A stretch of 63,395 bases of DNA, the filler included, from Octopus bimaculoides (Eukaryota), in assembly GCF_001194135.2 (NCBI RefSeq). It is 4 parts of 4 records of this genome, joined end to end, with 100 filler letters (N's around TTAATTAATTAA, not from the genome) between each part and the next. Parts side by side here need not be neighbours in the genome. Positions count along the whole stretch, not along the records: positions 21,773 to 52,800 come from NC_068997.1; 3 more parts are not named here. One strand, given 5' to 3'. Position 1 is the stretch's first letter. Each line of letters begins with the position of its first letter. Both the position numbers and the translations under genes were made by a program. Under the pieces are notes generated by a model. That model ran no database searches. It worked only from the letters and a program-made list of their open reading frames with translations, and was not told the origin of the DNA. Positions 39,545 to 52,100 of this stretch are shown one piece after another.

Positions 39545-39750
39545 CCCCTATGTGGCTGTTTAGTCTGCTAGAAATAACAGATATGTTTCCTTTAAATCAT
39601 ACGCTACAATATTTAGAAAGGAATTGCGTATTAGATAATGTAGGCTGAGTATACTTCACTTAGAAAAAAAAAGGTGGGAAGGCAAGATGGTCATAGCTGG
39701 AAAGCCTTTAATCACATCTCAATTAAAACTGATTTGGCGGCTAAACAACA
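39545..39750 (+). repeat. Family D interspersed repeat copy
   Basis: tatgtggctgtttagtctgctagaaataacag...gatggtcatagctggaaagcc...gctaaacaac. Confidence 0.6.
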
Positions 39751-39799
39751 ATTAATAATACCTTTATTTTTTAGCACAAATTATCTTATTTAACCGTAT

Positions 39800-40210
39800 T
39801 TGCAATCATTGGACTGCGGCTATGCTGGGGCATAGCCTTGAAGGGTTTAGTTGAACAATCTGACGCCATTACTAAATTTTAAGTCCATCAGCTTGTTTTG
39901 CCAGAAATGTTAAGTTACGAGGGACGTAAGCAAACCAATACCGGATGTGAAACAGTGGTGGGGGACAAACATAAAGACACAAACACGTACTTACGTAAAT
40001 ATATATGTATATACGTATATACATACACAAATATATATGTATATACGTATATGCATACATAGTTTTCCACATAGTTTCCATATACCAAATTCACTTACAA
40101 AGCATCAATCGGCCCAAGGCTATAATAGAAAACATTTGTCCAAAGTGACGCGCAGAGAGTGGAACCCGAAACCACGTGGTTGCCGAGGGAACTTCTTAAC
40201 CACAACGGAA
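39800..40210 (-). mobile_element. SINE family A, diverged full length
   Basis: Tail gtcattggactgcggctatgctggggca, internal (TA) tract, and decayed core and head. Confidence 0.75.
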
Positions 40211-41385
40211 TAGTCATAGGTGGAAAGCTTTTAATCACGTCTTCTCATTTAAGATTGATTCAGTGGCTAAGCAACAACTTCCTGCTGACATCTTTATTTT
40301 TTAGTACAAAGTAGTTGGTGACAACTGTATTTACTAATGTGCAATTAGATGGGAAAATGCGAGCAAGAGAAATAATATTCTTAAGATTATAAATCTGGAA
40401 AAGTTTAGGACAAGTTATTACATCTGGCGAAGTACAGAACAAGAAAATTTTTACTGAAAATATTGCAGCTAAGGATACAATTTCAAATAAAATATTTAGA
40501 TTTAGAAAATATTAGCTTTTATTAAAACTAAAAATGTTATTACAAGTTATTACTTCTATTTGTTATTACTTGTTACTTTTATTAAAAATTAAAAATAACT
40601 TAATTAAAATATTTTTTGCACTTTAAAAAAATTCATTTTTTAAATAATTAATTAATAATTAGAAATTTGAAAATAGGTTATAAAAAATAATATTAGTACA
40701 TAATTAGTTAGTACAATAGAATAATACAAAAATTAGCAATGTATTACAGTAAAATCTACCTATAACAACAAATTCATAGTAAAATTTGCTTNNNNNNNNN
40801 NNNNNNNNNNNNNNNNNNNNNNNNNNNNNNNNNNNNNNNNNNNNNNNNNNNNNNNNNNNNNNNNNNNNNNNNNNNNNNNNNNNNNNNNNNNNNNNNNNNN
40901 NNNNNNNNNNNNNNNNNNNNNNNNNNNNNNNNNNNNNNNNNNNNNNNNNNNNNNNNNNNNNNNNNNNNNNNNNNNNNNNNNNNNNNNNNNNNNNNNNNNN
41001 NNNNNNNNNNNNNNNNNNNNNNNNNNNNNNNNNNNNNNNNNNNNNNNNNNNNNNNNNNNNNNNNNNNNNNNNNNNNNNNNNNNNNNNNNNNNNNNNNNNN
41101 NNNNNNNNNNNNNNNNNNNNNNNNNNNNNNNNNNNNNNNNNNNNNNNNNNNNNNNNNNNNNNNNNNNNNNNNNNNNNNNNNNNNNNNNNNNNNNNNNNNN
41201 NNNNNNNNNNNNNNNNNNNNNNNNNNNNNNNNNNNNNNNNNNNNNNNNNNNNNNNNNNNNNNNNNNNNNNNNNNNNNNNNNNNNNNNNNNNNNNNNNNNN
41301 NNNNNNNNNNNNNNNNNNNNNNNNNNNNNNNNNNNNNNNNNNNNNNNNNNNNNNNNNNNNNNNNNNNNNNNNNNNNNNNNNNNNN

Positions 41386-41566
41386 GAGTGAGGGAAAGTT
41401 GTGGTGGAAGAGTACAGCAGGGTTCGCCACCATCCCCTGCCGGAGCCTTGTGGAGCTTTAGGTGTTTTCGCTGAATAAACACTCACAACGCCCGGTCTGG
41501 GAATCGAAACCGCGATCCTATGACCGCGAGTCCGTTGCCCTAACCACTGGGCAATTGCGCCTCCAC
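41386..41566 (-). mobile_element. tRNA-derived SINE, distinct family, well-preserved head
   Basis: Minus strand GGAGGCGCAATTGCCCAGTGGTTAGGGCAACGGACTCGCGGTCATAGGATCGCGGTTTCGATTCCCAGACC with A and B boxes, followed by a non-tRNA body running into a gap. Confidence 0.8.
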
Positions 41567-44500
41567 CTTATAGAACTATATTCATAAAAATATATAGAAC
41601 TATATTATCATCCTCAAATTTGAGAAGCAAACACTCATAACTTTTTTCTTTTAAAATTTCATTGCATGAGATTGATACCATGAAATTCCTTGAATTGAAC
41701 TCTATCATTTAAGCTTAATTAAAATATAGTTTGTTCTTAAAATAAAAAAGTTAATTTTACTTAAGTTCAATTGTTTGTCTTGTTTATATTTTTCTCATGA
41801 TATTTTACCTCACAACTTTTTTTATACACATTTTTGTTGCATGGGACCAAAACTATGAAATTCTTTACACTTTCTTCTATCATTGAAGCTAACATAAATA
41901 CTGGATTAAATCTCAAATTTTTAATGACAAAATGTAGCTAAGAACCAGCCCTCCTCAAAACTGTTAGCAATTTTCCAATTGGTTAAGAACTAAATTAGCG
42001 ACAAGCTCTGAAAGATGTTGCGTGTGAGTAAATTGCAGCCTTAAGAATATTATTCAACTACTACTGCAGTTGAATGATACGAGGAATTCATACAATACAT
42101 CAAAAATGACGAAATGGCATTATGTGCGAGAATAATTAAATATATTTCCGATTTTTCCGAAGAAAAAGACGGTGTAGCCATTATACTCGAGGTAGTATTG
42201 TATTCGAGGATATATGCTGCTGTGTTTTTTAAACGTACACAGAATTTTAAAAACTTTATTTTTTAGTCTGTATTATTGCCCAAGATTATTTATTTTGAAT
42301 ACTGATGTTAATATTGACTCTTAAGCTTTTGCTCAACGTAACAAGGATAATGTCTTATCGATAATCCGATTCTTACTTTTGTTATGGCTGCGTTAAAGTA
42401 GAGTTATTTTGCTTTGTTTCACACATATTCCTTGTTGTCTGCTGATATGTAATAAATGAAGTAATAAAGAAAACTATATGTTGTTGTTAGACTTGCTGAA
42501 AATAGCAGTAAGCTCCTCAAGTCACACATGGCTACGTTTAGGAAAAGAATAATACACAATCAGCAATGTAGTCTGAGATATATAAAAGGACAAGAAAGTC
42601 CACTCAATATTGGCTGTTCAAATGTAACTAGACGGTAATTAGAAACAGAGACACGGGTATTTTACAGACTTTCGGATATACTTTTGAAGGTTCAGAGAAG
42701 ACCGTATGTAAGTCAGATGCAAAAATTTATTTCAACTAAAGTGGTAAATTTAGAATATACTCTTGCAGCAGTTGTTTGGGAAGGAGTTTTGTTGCAGCTC
42801 TACAAAGTAACTAAGAAGCTAGAAATTTAGATTTGTGATAGCTTCAAAAATAATTTTCTGATATTGTCTTTATTTTCATTTGTTAAAATCTCCGAGAAAA
42901 TTCAAATGACACAATAGTGCAGAGTCAGAAGTAAAAGGTTTGTGTAAAAATATCACTTCAAATTGTTCTGATACTTCTAAACGCATTGTTAGAAAGAATT
43001 TTTTAAATGAAGCAAGCAATAATATTTCTTTGAGAGGGATTCAGAAATTCAGAATAGAAGTTCCAAATGAACTCTATGACTGCTATGTAATCCAAATAAG
43101 TAAGGAAATTGGCTCGTATGAGCAGATTGTGAAAGGATTCAAGTTTCTCCCAAAACTGGTGACCAATTTTGAAACTGATGAAGGCAATATTAAATTTATA
43201 ATATCATAGAACGATCACATCGATTACAAATTGCCCAAACGTTATTGCCTGCGAAGGAGCCCCCATAACAGTTCAAGCTTCAGGACTCTAAAAAACGTAG
43301 GCCGCTATTTCTCCTAGGTGTTCTTCCAGTGCGATATGCAGCAGTATACTGACAGTATACTCATACGATAACTCATACAATTTTCATGCAGTTTCCAAGA
43401 TATCGATAAATCTTAATATGAGAAATGTTTTCCCTACTCTTGTCAAAACTTTAATGATAGCTTAGAAAAATTGGAAAAATTAGTTTCTAACTGCAGTTTG
43501 AAATTGTTTTTCTACTGCATATGTAAGCGAGTGTATAAATTTGTGCGTGTATCTGTATAGTAAATAAGTATTTATTTATATATGTAAGTATCTGTACGTG
43601 TGTTTTTCGTCTGTATATATGTTTGTATGGATGCATGTATGTTTCGGATGTTTTTCTTTGAATTGTCAGAATTCAAGCCGTTTACTCACAAAGTGATGTG
43701 AATTGTTTTTTCTCTGCTAGAGACAGAGTGTTCCAGATATTTGTGAATCAATGTTTGCATTTATCTAAGTGTATGCGTGAATGTACCTGCGCACATGCTC
43801 AAGAGAAGAATATTCAATATGTTTGATGTTGTTTTTGCAAGGTAACGTTTTTACATGATTAGAGAAAAAGATGGAGAAAGAAAAAGGGGGAGAGAGAAGC
43901 ATCCATGACGTGCGGTAGGAGAAACGTAACATTTATTACGTGGTTAAAAAAGTTAGTTGAAGATAGTGATATAGAGAGATACAATTTTAGCAGAGGGGCA
44001 GTATTCTGATGGTGAGGTTAAAGAAAGGTAGAGAGAGAAAGAGTGGAAAGAGAGAGGGTGGAGGGAGAGAGTGGAGGGAGAGAGTGGAGAAAGAGTGGGA
44101 GAGAGTGGAGAAAGAGTGGGAGAGAGAGATGATGATGATGATGTGGTAGTAGCGGTAGAGGTGGTGATTGTGGTGGAGGTGGTGATTGCATTGTGAAAAG
44201 TATTTTTTCATATTACCTAAATCTTGACGCATGCGCATAAGTGCAATTCCATGAAATATTCACGCTTATTTACATGGCAGATATATGCAATTTAACCAGA
44301 GGTTGTATCATATGTACGGGATACATTTTGTTTATGGGGAAAATGGAAAAATACGTGTGAATATTTATTTTATGAGTGCTGTGTATTAAGTCTATAAAAT
44401 TGCCCTTAAAATATATAAATTGTATATATAAAGTATGTTAAGTCACCATCGTATTCCAATTTCTTTCACTTTTCAATGAATACCAGATGAGTGACTATCT

Positions 44501-45037
44501 TTCCATACAGGCACAACACAGGCAACGCTTTCGGGTTTTTTGGATAAAGTTTTCAGAAATAACCCAATATGTTTACCATTAATTCCATAAAATATTCACG
44601 GGCCCCGCTAGTAAAGTAAAATATTCTGCATAATATATTCACAGTTTTCCATCAGCCAAATCAGTATCAACCAACGAAAAAGAAATTTATGAATCCAAAT
44701 ACGAAATGAAGTGACATATTTCTCCTTCACTTTGTCTACATATACCGATTCAAGCAAAAGGTCTGTTCCTCTTTTTTGAAATTTATGCATATTCGTCCGA
44801 ATGGATTCTAGTAAATATGAACGATAATGAAAGGTTTGAGAACCTGAAACATTGCAAGTTCTCGACGTAGTCTTGAACCTCTCAAGAAATTTATGAATTC
44901 ATTTTGGATAATTTCTATTTCCGTTCTCACTCGCAAGACTTTTATTTAATAGGGCTGTAGAGTTACTCTGTGGATGAGTTGTTCCCACTGCACACGAATA
45001 TTTTCTTTTCTTCGTTGTTAATAAAGTTGTAATGTAA

Positions 45038-45109
<72 letters not shown>

Positions 45110-45508
45110 TCATAGTAATAGTAGAAGCAGCAGCAGTAGTAGTCGTAGTAGTTGTCCCTAGGTCACTAGGCAAAATCTTTAGCGCAGAAGGGAAAATGTT
45201 TAGCGGCATTTCTTATAGGTCTTAAGTTCTGAGCTAGTAGTAGTAGCAACAACAGCAGTAACTGTTATTGTTGTTGTTTCTGCTACTACTAACAGCTCTT
45301 CGGACGTGTTAAGATTGTGCTGTGACACTCCTCGATGTTATAATGAAGGAAGTAATTTTCATTTGGAGTTTTATTTCACACGGGGCCTTTATCGAACAGT
45401 TTGAAAAGTCAACGTTCCACTGAAATTAAACAAGGTCAGTTTTCTTTTTATTTCCAGTTTATTTTACCATCGAACGCTAAGGCAACAATGATGGCTTCTG
45501 TTTTTCAG

Positions 45509-45818
45509 GACAACACCTCTCAGGAAGATTACATTGAGCAAAGCGAAACACACACCAAACAAAAGAATACAAAATGTAAAACAAAATGTTAACGTACAAA
45601 CAAGCGACACAAAATTAATAAATGATAGCACTCCAGCAGAGAAGCGTAACATAGTAAACACCACGCTTGATAACAACAGTGCAACTGCACAAACTACATC
45701 AAATGTATATGAGTACGAAACGTTATCTTTCACAAGCGTTCTTTCGAACAAAAACACTCAATATGTAATAATTTGCTGGGAGAACGAAACGAAAGCGTTC
45801 GGCATTTCGTCCACATGA
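45509..45818 (+). CDS. Possible terminal coding exon of an unidentified host gene (Thr/Asn/Lys-rich)
   Basis: Acceptor-like ttctgtttttcag|G, then 102 uninterrupted codons (TTPLRKITL...NVYEYETL...GISST*). An in-frame stop lies just upstream of the acceptor. No homology recognised. Confidence 0.3.
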
Positions 45819-46229
45819 CAGGTGCGAGCATATCACAGTTATCAAAGAGGCGTACGAGTAGAGGAAGGTAACTTATTTGTATCTTGCCAAGATCACGTAA
45901 AGTTTGAATCTCCTTTATTGGAAGAGAAAGGGCATACGGCGCTATAAGTGCCATCTTTTAATCTCAGCACTAAAGTGCAACTAAGGAGAAAAAGTGCAAG
46001 CCCATTTTATCCCAACACGTTTGGGTAGAAAAAATACAAGGGTTACATTCACGGACATTGGTGACGGCCTGGACTTCTGGCTTGTCAATTTCATAGCACA
46101 ATAAGGCAGGTAATCAGTGCCGAAGTAACTTACAGAGAGTTCATACAGATCTTCATGACACAACAAAACCATAAAATAATACTAATACTGTATCTTGTAG
46201 CAAAGATTGACTGGTACTATATTCTATTG

Positions 46230-46825
46230 ACGGGAGCACCGCATTAAACGGTTTAGTCAAACAAATCGCCCCTAGTATATTTTTTGTAAAGCTTGGTACT
46301 TATTTTATCGGACTCTTTTTGCCGAACCGCTTGCCATCGGTTGTCAAGTAGTTATGGAGAACAAATGCAGAGTCAATAGCGCGCGCGCGCGTGTTTATGT
46401 GTGTGCGCGCGTCTGTTGTGTCGGGCGTGACGGGCTTCTTTCAGTTTCTCATTTTTTTATTGCCCACAAGGGGCCAAACATAGAAGGGGCAAACAAGGAC
46501 AGACAAAGGGATTAAGTCGATTACATCGACCCCAGTGCGTAACTGGTACTTAATTTATCGACTCCGAAAGGATGAACGGCAAAGTCGACCTCGGCGGAAT
46601 TTGAACTCAGAACGTAACGGCAGACGAAATACCGCTAAGGACTTCGCCCGGCGTGCTAACGTTTCTGCCAGCTCGCAGCCTTCAGTTTCTTTCAGTTTCT
46701 GTTAATCAACTCGCAAGGCTTTGGTTGGCCTGCTATATAGTCCCAAGGTGCTACACAATGGGACTGAAACCAGAACCATGTGGTTGAGAAGCAATTTTCT
46801 GACTTTACAGACACGCCTGCACCTA
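46230..46825 (-). mobile_element. SINE family A interrupted by a nested SINE B
   Basis: Tail at 46230-46435; core and head resume at 46700-46825. Confidence 0.75.
46450..46682 (-). mobile_element. SINE family B, full length, young, nested
   Basis: Near-identical to the 19986-20217 copy. 14-bp TSD TTCTTTCAGTTTCT at 46436-46449 and 46687-46700. Confidence 0.9.
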
Positions 46826-47147
46826 AAACTGAAAATATACGTGTCTAGTTAGAATTGAACTATCAACCTTCAGTTTAACAGTCGAATGCGCTAATCGACT
46901 GCTCTACTTATCCATACAACTATCATCATGATTGCTAACTTCTGCGAGGGTTCCCATTAATAATGCATGGCCAACCAAACAATGCAAAATAAGTTATCTC
47001 AGTACACATATATACCGCTTTTACATACATATGTAAATATGGGTGGTATATATGAATATTGAGACAATAAATCGCTTAGCTTCAAAGCCAACTAGACAGT
47101 GTATTTGTAATTCATATCTGTTATTCCACCGTGGTGGAACCTGTAAC

Positions 47148-47161
47148 ATGATACACTATTG
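47148..47161 (+). CDS. Candidate first coding exon of the Rdx selenoprotein (M-I-H-Y-C, split Cys codon)
   Basis: ATG ATA CAC TAT TG|GTAAGT is a perfect donor consensus. Its phase 2 matches the exon at 57797 and yields YC-KS-U. The frame is open back to ATG 47052. Confidence 0.45.
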
Positions 47162-47481
47162 GTAAGTACTGATTCACTCAAAACACCGCTTACTATTATG
47201 GTCACACTTAGAATAAGTTAATTTATATCTGTCAATTGATAAACGTTTCCAATCCGCTTATGCTATTGAAATATAAATTAACCTGTCTATTTACCTTCTT
47301 ATTGAGATTTTAAATTTTGCTCCCTCCTACTTCGGTCCAATACAATTTTTTTTAAGTGAAATAATTTTTTTCTTTACGTATTACAATTGTCTGTTCGGTT
47401 ATAGTTACACAACTGTTAACGAAACTATGTAATGCACATGTAATATGCATTACATAATGCGCATGACTATTCTCATCTTTG

Positions 47482-47526
<45 letters not shown>

Positions 47527-47609
47527 TTTGGTCATTTTTACGTTGAAACAATTGTAAACCATGGAATAAATGTAATGCTAGATACTCCATTTTTCACTTA
47601 TTTATACAA

Positions 47610-47830
47610 AGGCGGCGAGTTGGCAGAATCATTAGCACGCTGAACGCAATGGTTAGTGTATTACACTCGTCGCTACGATGTGAGTTCTAATTCTGCCGAG
47701 GTCGACTTTATCTTTTTTCCTTTCGTAGTCAATAAATTAAGTACCAGTGAAACACTTGATCGATGTGATCGACTTAATCCCCTCTCCCAAGCTGTCCTTG
47801 TGGAGAAAATTTCAAATCATTGTTTATTTA
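47610..47830 (+). mobile_element. SINE family B
   Basis: aaggcggcgagttggcaga head and gtcgactttatc...aataaattaagtaccag core. Confidence 0.8.
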
Positions 47831-48055
47831 TACATACACGCATACACCCACATACAGATGCACACGCTGTGGGGCAGTTAACTCCCCTGTTAGTACATAG
47901 ACTGGTGCTATGCTTGTGGCTAGGGATTTTGACTCTTATTTCTAGCAATGTTGATGCTAGAATGCACCCTCAATCACTATTAGTAGCAATTGAACTTTTC
48001 CTTTTTGGTTTTATATTGCGTCTAGCCACCTTTTATTATATATATAGATAGATCA

Positions 48056-48377
48056 AATAAGTAACAAAGATGTCCAGGTATTACGGCCGTTTCAGGCGGC
48101 TCCATTTAATCAATCAATGCAAGCATTACATCAATTTGAAATACACCGCCTGCTACTAACATTATATATATATTCTGCTACAATAATAGCAACAAGCATA
48201 TAATTCTTTTATTCTCTAGGTCTGATTAAGAATTTACTAAAAGATTATAATGGAGTAACTTGTATGAGGAAGGCGGTGTATTTCAAAGTGATGTAATGCT
48301 TGCGTTGATCGATTAAATGGAGCCGCCTGAAATGGCCGTAATGCACTAATACCTGGACATCCTTGTTACTTATTTGC
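48056..48377. mobile_element. Foldback element with arms of about 95-105 nt carrying a hammerhead motif
   Basis: aaataagtaacaaagatgtccaggtatta...aaatacaccgcct is inverted at 48271-48377. Confidence 0.85.
48261..48344 (+). ncRNA. Type I hammerhead-like motif, long stem II, C3 replaced by A
   Basis: ATGAGGA-AGGCGG...CCGCCT-GAAAT-GGCC-GTA. The other arm retains GAAAC-GGCC-GTA (48082-48093, minus strand). Confidence 0.55.
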
Positions 48378-48481
48378 CTTTTATTCACCTTATTTCGAGC
48401 TATGCGGATAACACTGGACTGACTTGGTGCCTCAACTTAAGTAGGTAATTCAACTGAATCTTAATCATATATATATATATA

Positions 48482-48935
48482 TATAATTTAGGTAAGATGG
48501 TTTTGTATATAATATACATGTTATTATTATGGATGAAGGGATGATTATTGAATGGTTATTATTTTGATATTATGATATTTTTTAAATAATTTTTCTATCT
48601 TTATATAATAAGTATTTCATATTAATTCATTTGGTACTTATTATTGGTTGAGATATATATCTAATTATTGTTCTACTTACGATCTGACGAGTAGCTATAT
48701 TTTTGAATAGAACTTATTTTCGATAATTTCAATTGATTTTAATCGATTTAAATTTCTTTTCTATTTGAAAATTGGTTATGAAACACGTGTAATCTTTTTA
48801 TTATATTTATCTTATGATATTTACTTTACTTTATATTATACTCATTTATTGTGCTTTTAATTATTAATTTTTCTATATGTGATAGTGGATTTTCATCGAT
48901 GAGTTCTTGAAAATTGGTTATTTTCCCTAAAACTA
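48482..48935 (+). mobile_element. Solo PLE-type terminal repeat between (TA)n tracts
   Basis: Homologous to the arms of 52921-54740 and to 15262-15356. Contains the hammerhead at 48681. Confidence 0.7.
48681..48794 (+). ncRNA. Type I hammerhead ribozyme with extended stem II, catalytic core intact
   Basis: GAT-CTGACGA-[GTAGCTATATTTTTGAATAG...CTATTTGAAAATTGGTTAT]-GAAAC-ACGT-GTA-ATC. Stem I is GAT/ATC, stem II is about 19 bp, and stem III is palindromic ACACGTGT. Predicted cleavage after GUA at 48791. Confidence 0.75.
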
Positions 48936-49379
48936 TATATATATATATATATATATATTTCAAAAAAATTCTGAAAAATATCTATTTTCGGAATATGTGC
49001 GTGAGTGCATGCATGCATATATGTACGTATGTATTATGTATTTGTTACTGTATGTGTGTGTGTTTCATCAGGAATAGGTCCCGTCTCCAACCAACAGCCA
49101 GTCGTTACTTATTGTCGAAAGTGTAACGAATGTTTTTAGGCTTTTTAATTTCTCATTCAAAACGAGGTCTGAGTTTTCCTACAATTAATATAATAAATTT
49201 ATATCATTCATGTTTACAAACCATTTCTTTCCATCTCATAGAATATTTTATTTTTTTCCCTTTCCTTCTTTGTAGTCGTAGTAATTATTTATTATTGTTC
49301 AATGTAAGCATAGGTTAAAGTTTCAAATTTATGACGAGTATATATCTCCCGCCATCTGTATTAATATTACTATTCCATG

Positions 49380-49600
49380 AAGCGACAAACTGGCAAAATC
49401 GTTAGCACGCCGGGAAAAAAACCTTAGCAGTATTTCGTTCGTCTTTACGCTCTGAGTTCAAATTCAACCGGAATCGACTTAGCATTTTATCTTTTCGGGA
49501 TCGATAAAGTAAACACCAGTCAAACCCTTGGGTTGATGTAATTGACTTATACCTCCCCTGAAACTCCTGGCCTTGTTCGAAAATTTGAAAGCAATATTAG
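49380..49600 (+). mobile_element. SINE family B, diverged
   Basis: cgttagcacgccggg...ctgagttcaaattc...ttttcgggatcgataaagtaaacaccag. Confidence 0.75.
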
Positions 49601-50151
49601 TATTCCGTGCTGCATTTATTACAAGTATACTCCGCCTCGTAATTTGTGCTAATTTTGAATGTTAAAGTGATAATAACCCTTATCATTGTTTCTTTGTCTC
49701 CCAACTTCAGGGGCAATTTTTAATAACTATGTACATTAAATTGACAGTATGTATATATCATAAGCGAATTTAAGTTAACCACTTTTCAGAATTATATATG
49801 CATATGTGTGTATATTTTCCATACACATACGTCGTTGTTTCGTAGCTAGCTCATTCCCTCATTGTTTGTTTACTTGCTCCCTGCTTCTTTCTAGTGTCTG
49901 AATCACATACATAATAGTATTAATAAACTCTTTTTCTTACCTCCACTCATTCTTTCTCTCTCCCTCCCTTTCACAGTAACTGTATTTTACACACACGACG
50001 GGACCTTGATAACTGCCATGAGGCAGGAAAGTATACTAGTCCTTATATATTNNNNNNNNNNNNNNNNNNNNNNNNNNNNNNNNNNNNNNNNNNNNNNNNN
50101 NNNNNNNNNNNNNNNNNNNNNNNNNNNNNNNNNNNNNNNNNNNNNNNNNNN

Positions 50152-50183
<32 letters not shown>

Positions 50184-51287
50184 AACGGTCTTTCAGTTTC
50201 TGCCTACCAAACCCATTCATAATGTCATAGTAGAAAATATTTGCTCAGAGTGGGACTGTACCCGGAATCATGTGGTTGGGAAATAAACTATTCTTAGCAC
50301 ACAGATAACTTGATACATACATACATACATACATACATACATACGATGTGTACATTTGTGACTAAAACAAAAACAAGAGGCACCAGTTAGGAGAATCGAA
50401 CCACGCATCTAAAGATTGCCAGACAATCGTGCTAACGATTACCTCATGTGGATTCTGAACGAATTTCGTAGCCGAAATAATAAATATCAGCTTCATAATC
50501 TAATTTTCTCGCATGTTCTATGAGACAGGCAAATAGTTAAGCAATATCTGCTACCGATGGTTAAATACCCCTTAAATTATTTGCGATTCTCGTGGAAGAT
50601 GAGAGAAAATTAACTGGTTGTTTCCACAATGACGTTCGTTAAACTGCTAGTTCAATTTTCATAGTAATATCTATTTTCTGTCTCGTGTGTGTGGAGGGGG
50701 TGTATTAACTTGGGTAGTCATTGGTATATAACTCAAAATAGAGAGAGAGAGAGAGAGTGTGTGTGTGTGTGTGTGTGTGCGTGTGTGCGTGTGTGTTTGT
50801 GAAAGAGAGAGAGAAGATGGGAGAGAGAGAGAAAAACGAAGACAGAGAGAGAGGTGGGAGATAGAAAAACGATGGCGTGGATAGATCTAGAGGGGAAAAC
50901 TGATAGAGAGAAATAAAGTATGACGAAAAGAAAGACTGAGAGAGTTAGTGAAAGAGAGAGAGGGGGAGAGAGAGAATGAAGGAGCGATCGTCTGCTTAAT
51001 GCTAGTAAAACTTTGATAAGCTTCTCATCTCCACAGAATATTTTCCTCTCTTAGTCGTAGATGGAAATGTAAAATGTATTGAACACACAACGTATAAAAT
51101 AAACTTGTTCGATATAACTTTTCAACTAAGAATCGTTGAGTATGTGCAATCAATATAACTACAAAGAAGTTCGGTGACTTATCCGATAATCGCTTGCTCT
51201 ATCATTGATCAAATATTCACAACACTATACGTATAGTAATATACATGCAGACTGAAACGAAATTTAAATATATGAGCACAATCACAA

Positions 51288-51374
<87 letters not shown>

Positions 51375-51488
51375 CGTTTGCATGTATATTTGCGAATATT
51401 TCCCTGTGTGTATGTGTAAGTGTATGTGAATTTACCAAGCGTTTGACTATCCTGAAAAATAAATGTTATACGTAAAGAAAAAGACATA

Positions 51489-51660
51489 CGAGGGATGATC
51501 AATAAGTATCCGGACTATTGCCATAGTAACGAAGCTAAAGCAGAGTGAAGCCACTTGCTACAGACTTATCTTTAACTCTGCTATGTTTACAGCAGTGCTT
51601 GGAAGGAACGTGTGTAGCATGTCATCGTCGCAGTGACAACGACAGAGAAAGTTGTCATGG
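51489..51660 (+). mobile_element. mariner terminal fragment
   Basis: TA-CGAGGGATGATCAATAAGTATCCGGACT resembles the TIR of the 16513 element. Confidence 0.6.
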
Positions 51661-51714
51661 CGATACCTCATCTTATTATTAGTAGTATTAATATTAATAT
51701 TATATATACACATA

Positions 51715-51870
51715 TACTACGGGCTTCTTTCAGTTTCCGTCTACCAAATCCACTCACAACGCTTTGGTCGGCCCAAAGCTATAATAGCCCAAGGTGCCAC
51801 GTAGTGGGACTGAACACGTGAACCATGTGGTTGGGAAGCAAGCTTCTCACCACACAGCCACGCCTGCACG
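51715..51870 (-). mobile_element. SINE family A head and core
   Basis: gggcttctttcagtttccgtctaccaaatccactcac...aaccatgtggttgggaagcaagc. Confidence 0.85.
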
Positions 51871-52100
51871 TATCTGAGTTTATTTAATTATTTAAACTTT
51901 TGCATATTTGTCGATTCCTAGAATACTTTTCCATACAATTCTATATGATTGCGGGTTATAGACGGATTATGTCATTTTACATTGCCTGGAAAGAAATACA
52001 GTTCTCGAAATAGAATGTTCTATAGTGGAAGACATGCAACGATGTGAGGTCATGCATGTTTCCATAATATTGTGTAGCAGAAGATAACTGATTAATTCTA

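Noticed and set aside
42700-43500. hAT transposase remnant including ORF 42940-43209
   Set aside because: Only a vague resemblance, with no diagnostic motif or TIR found.
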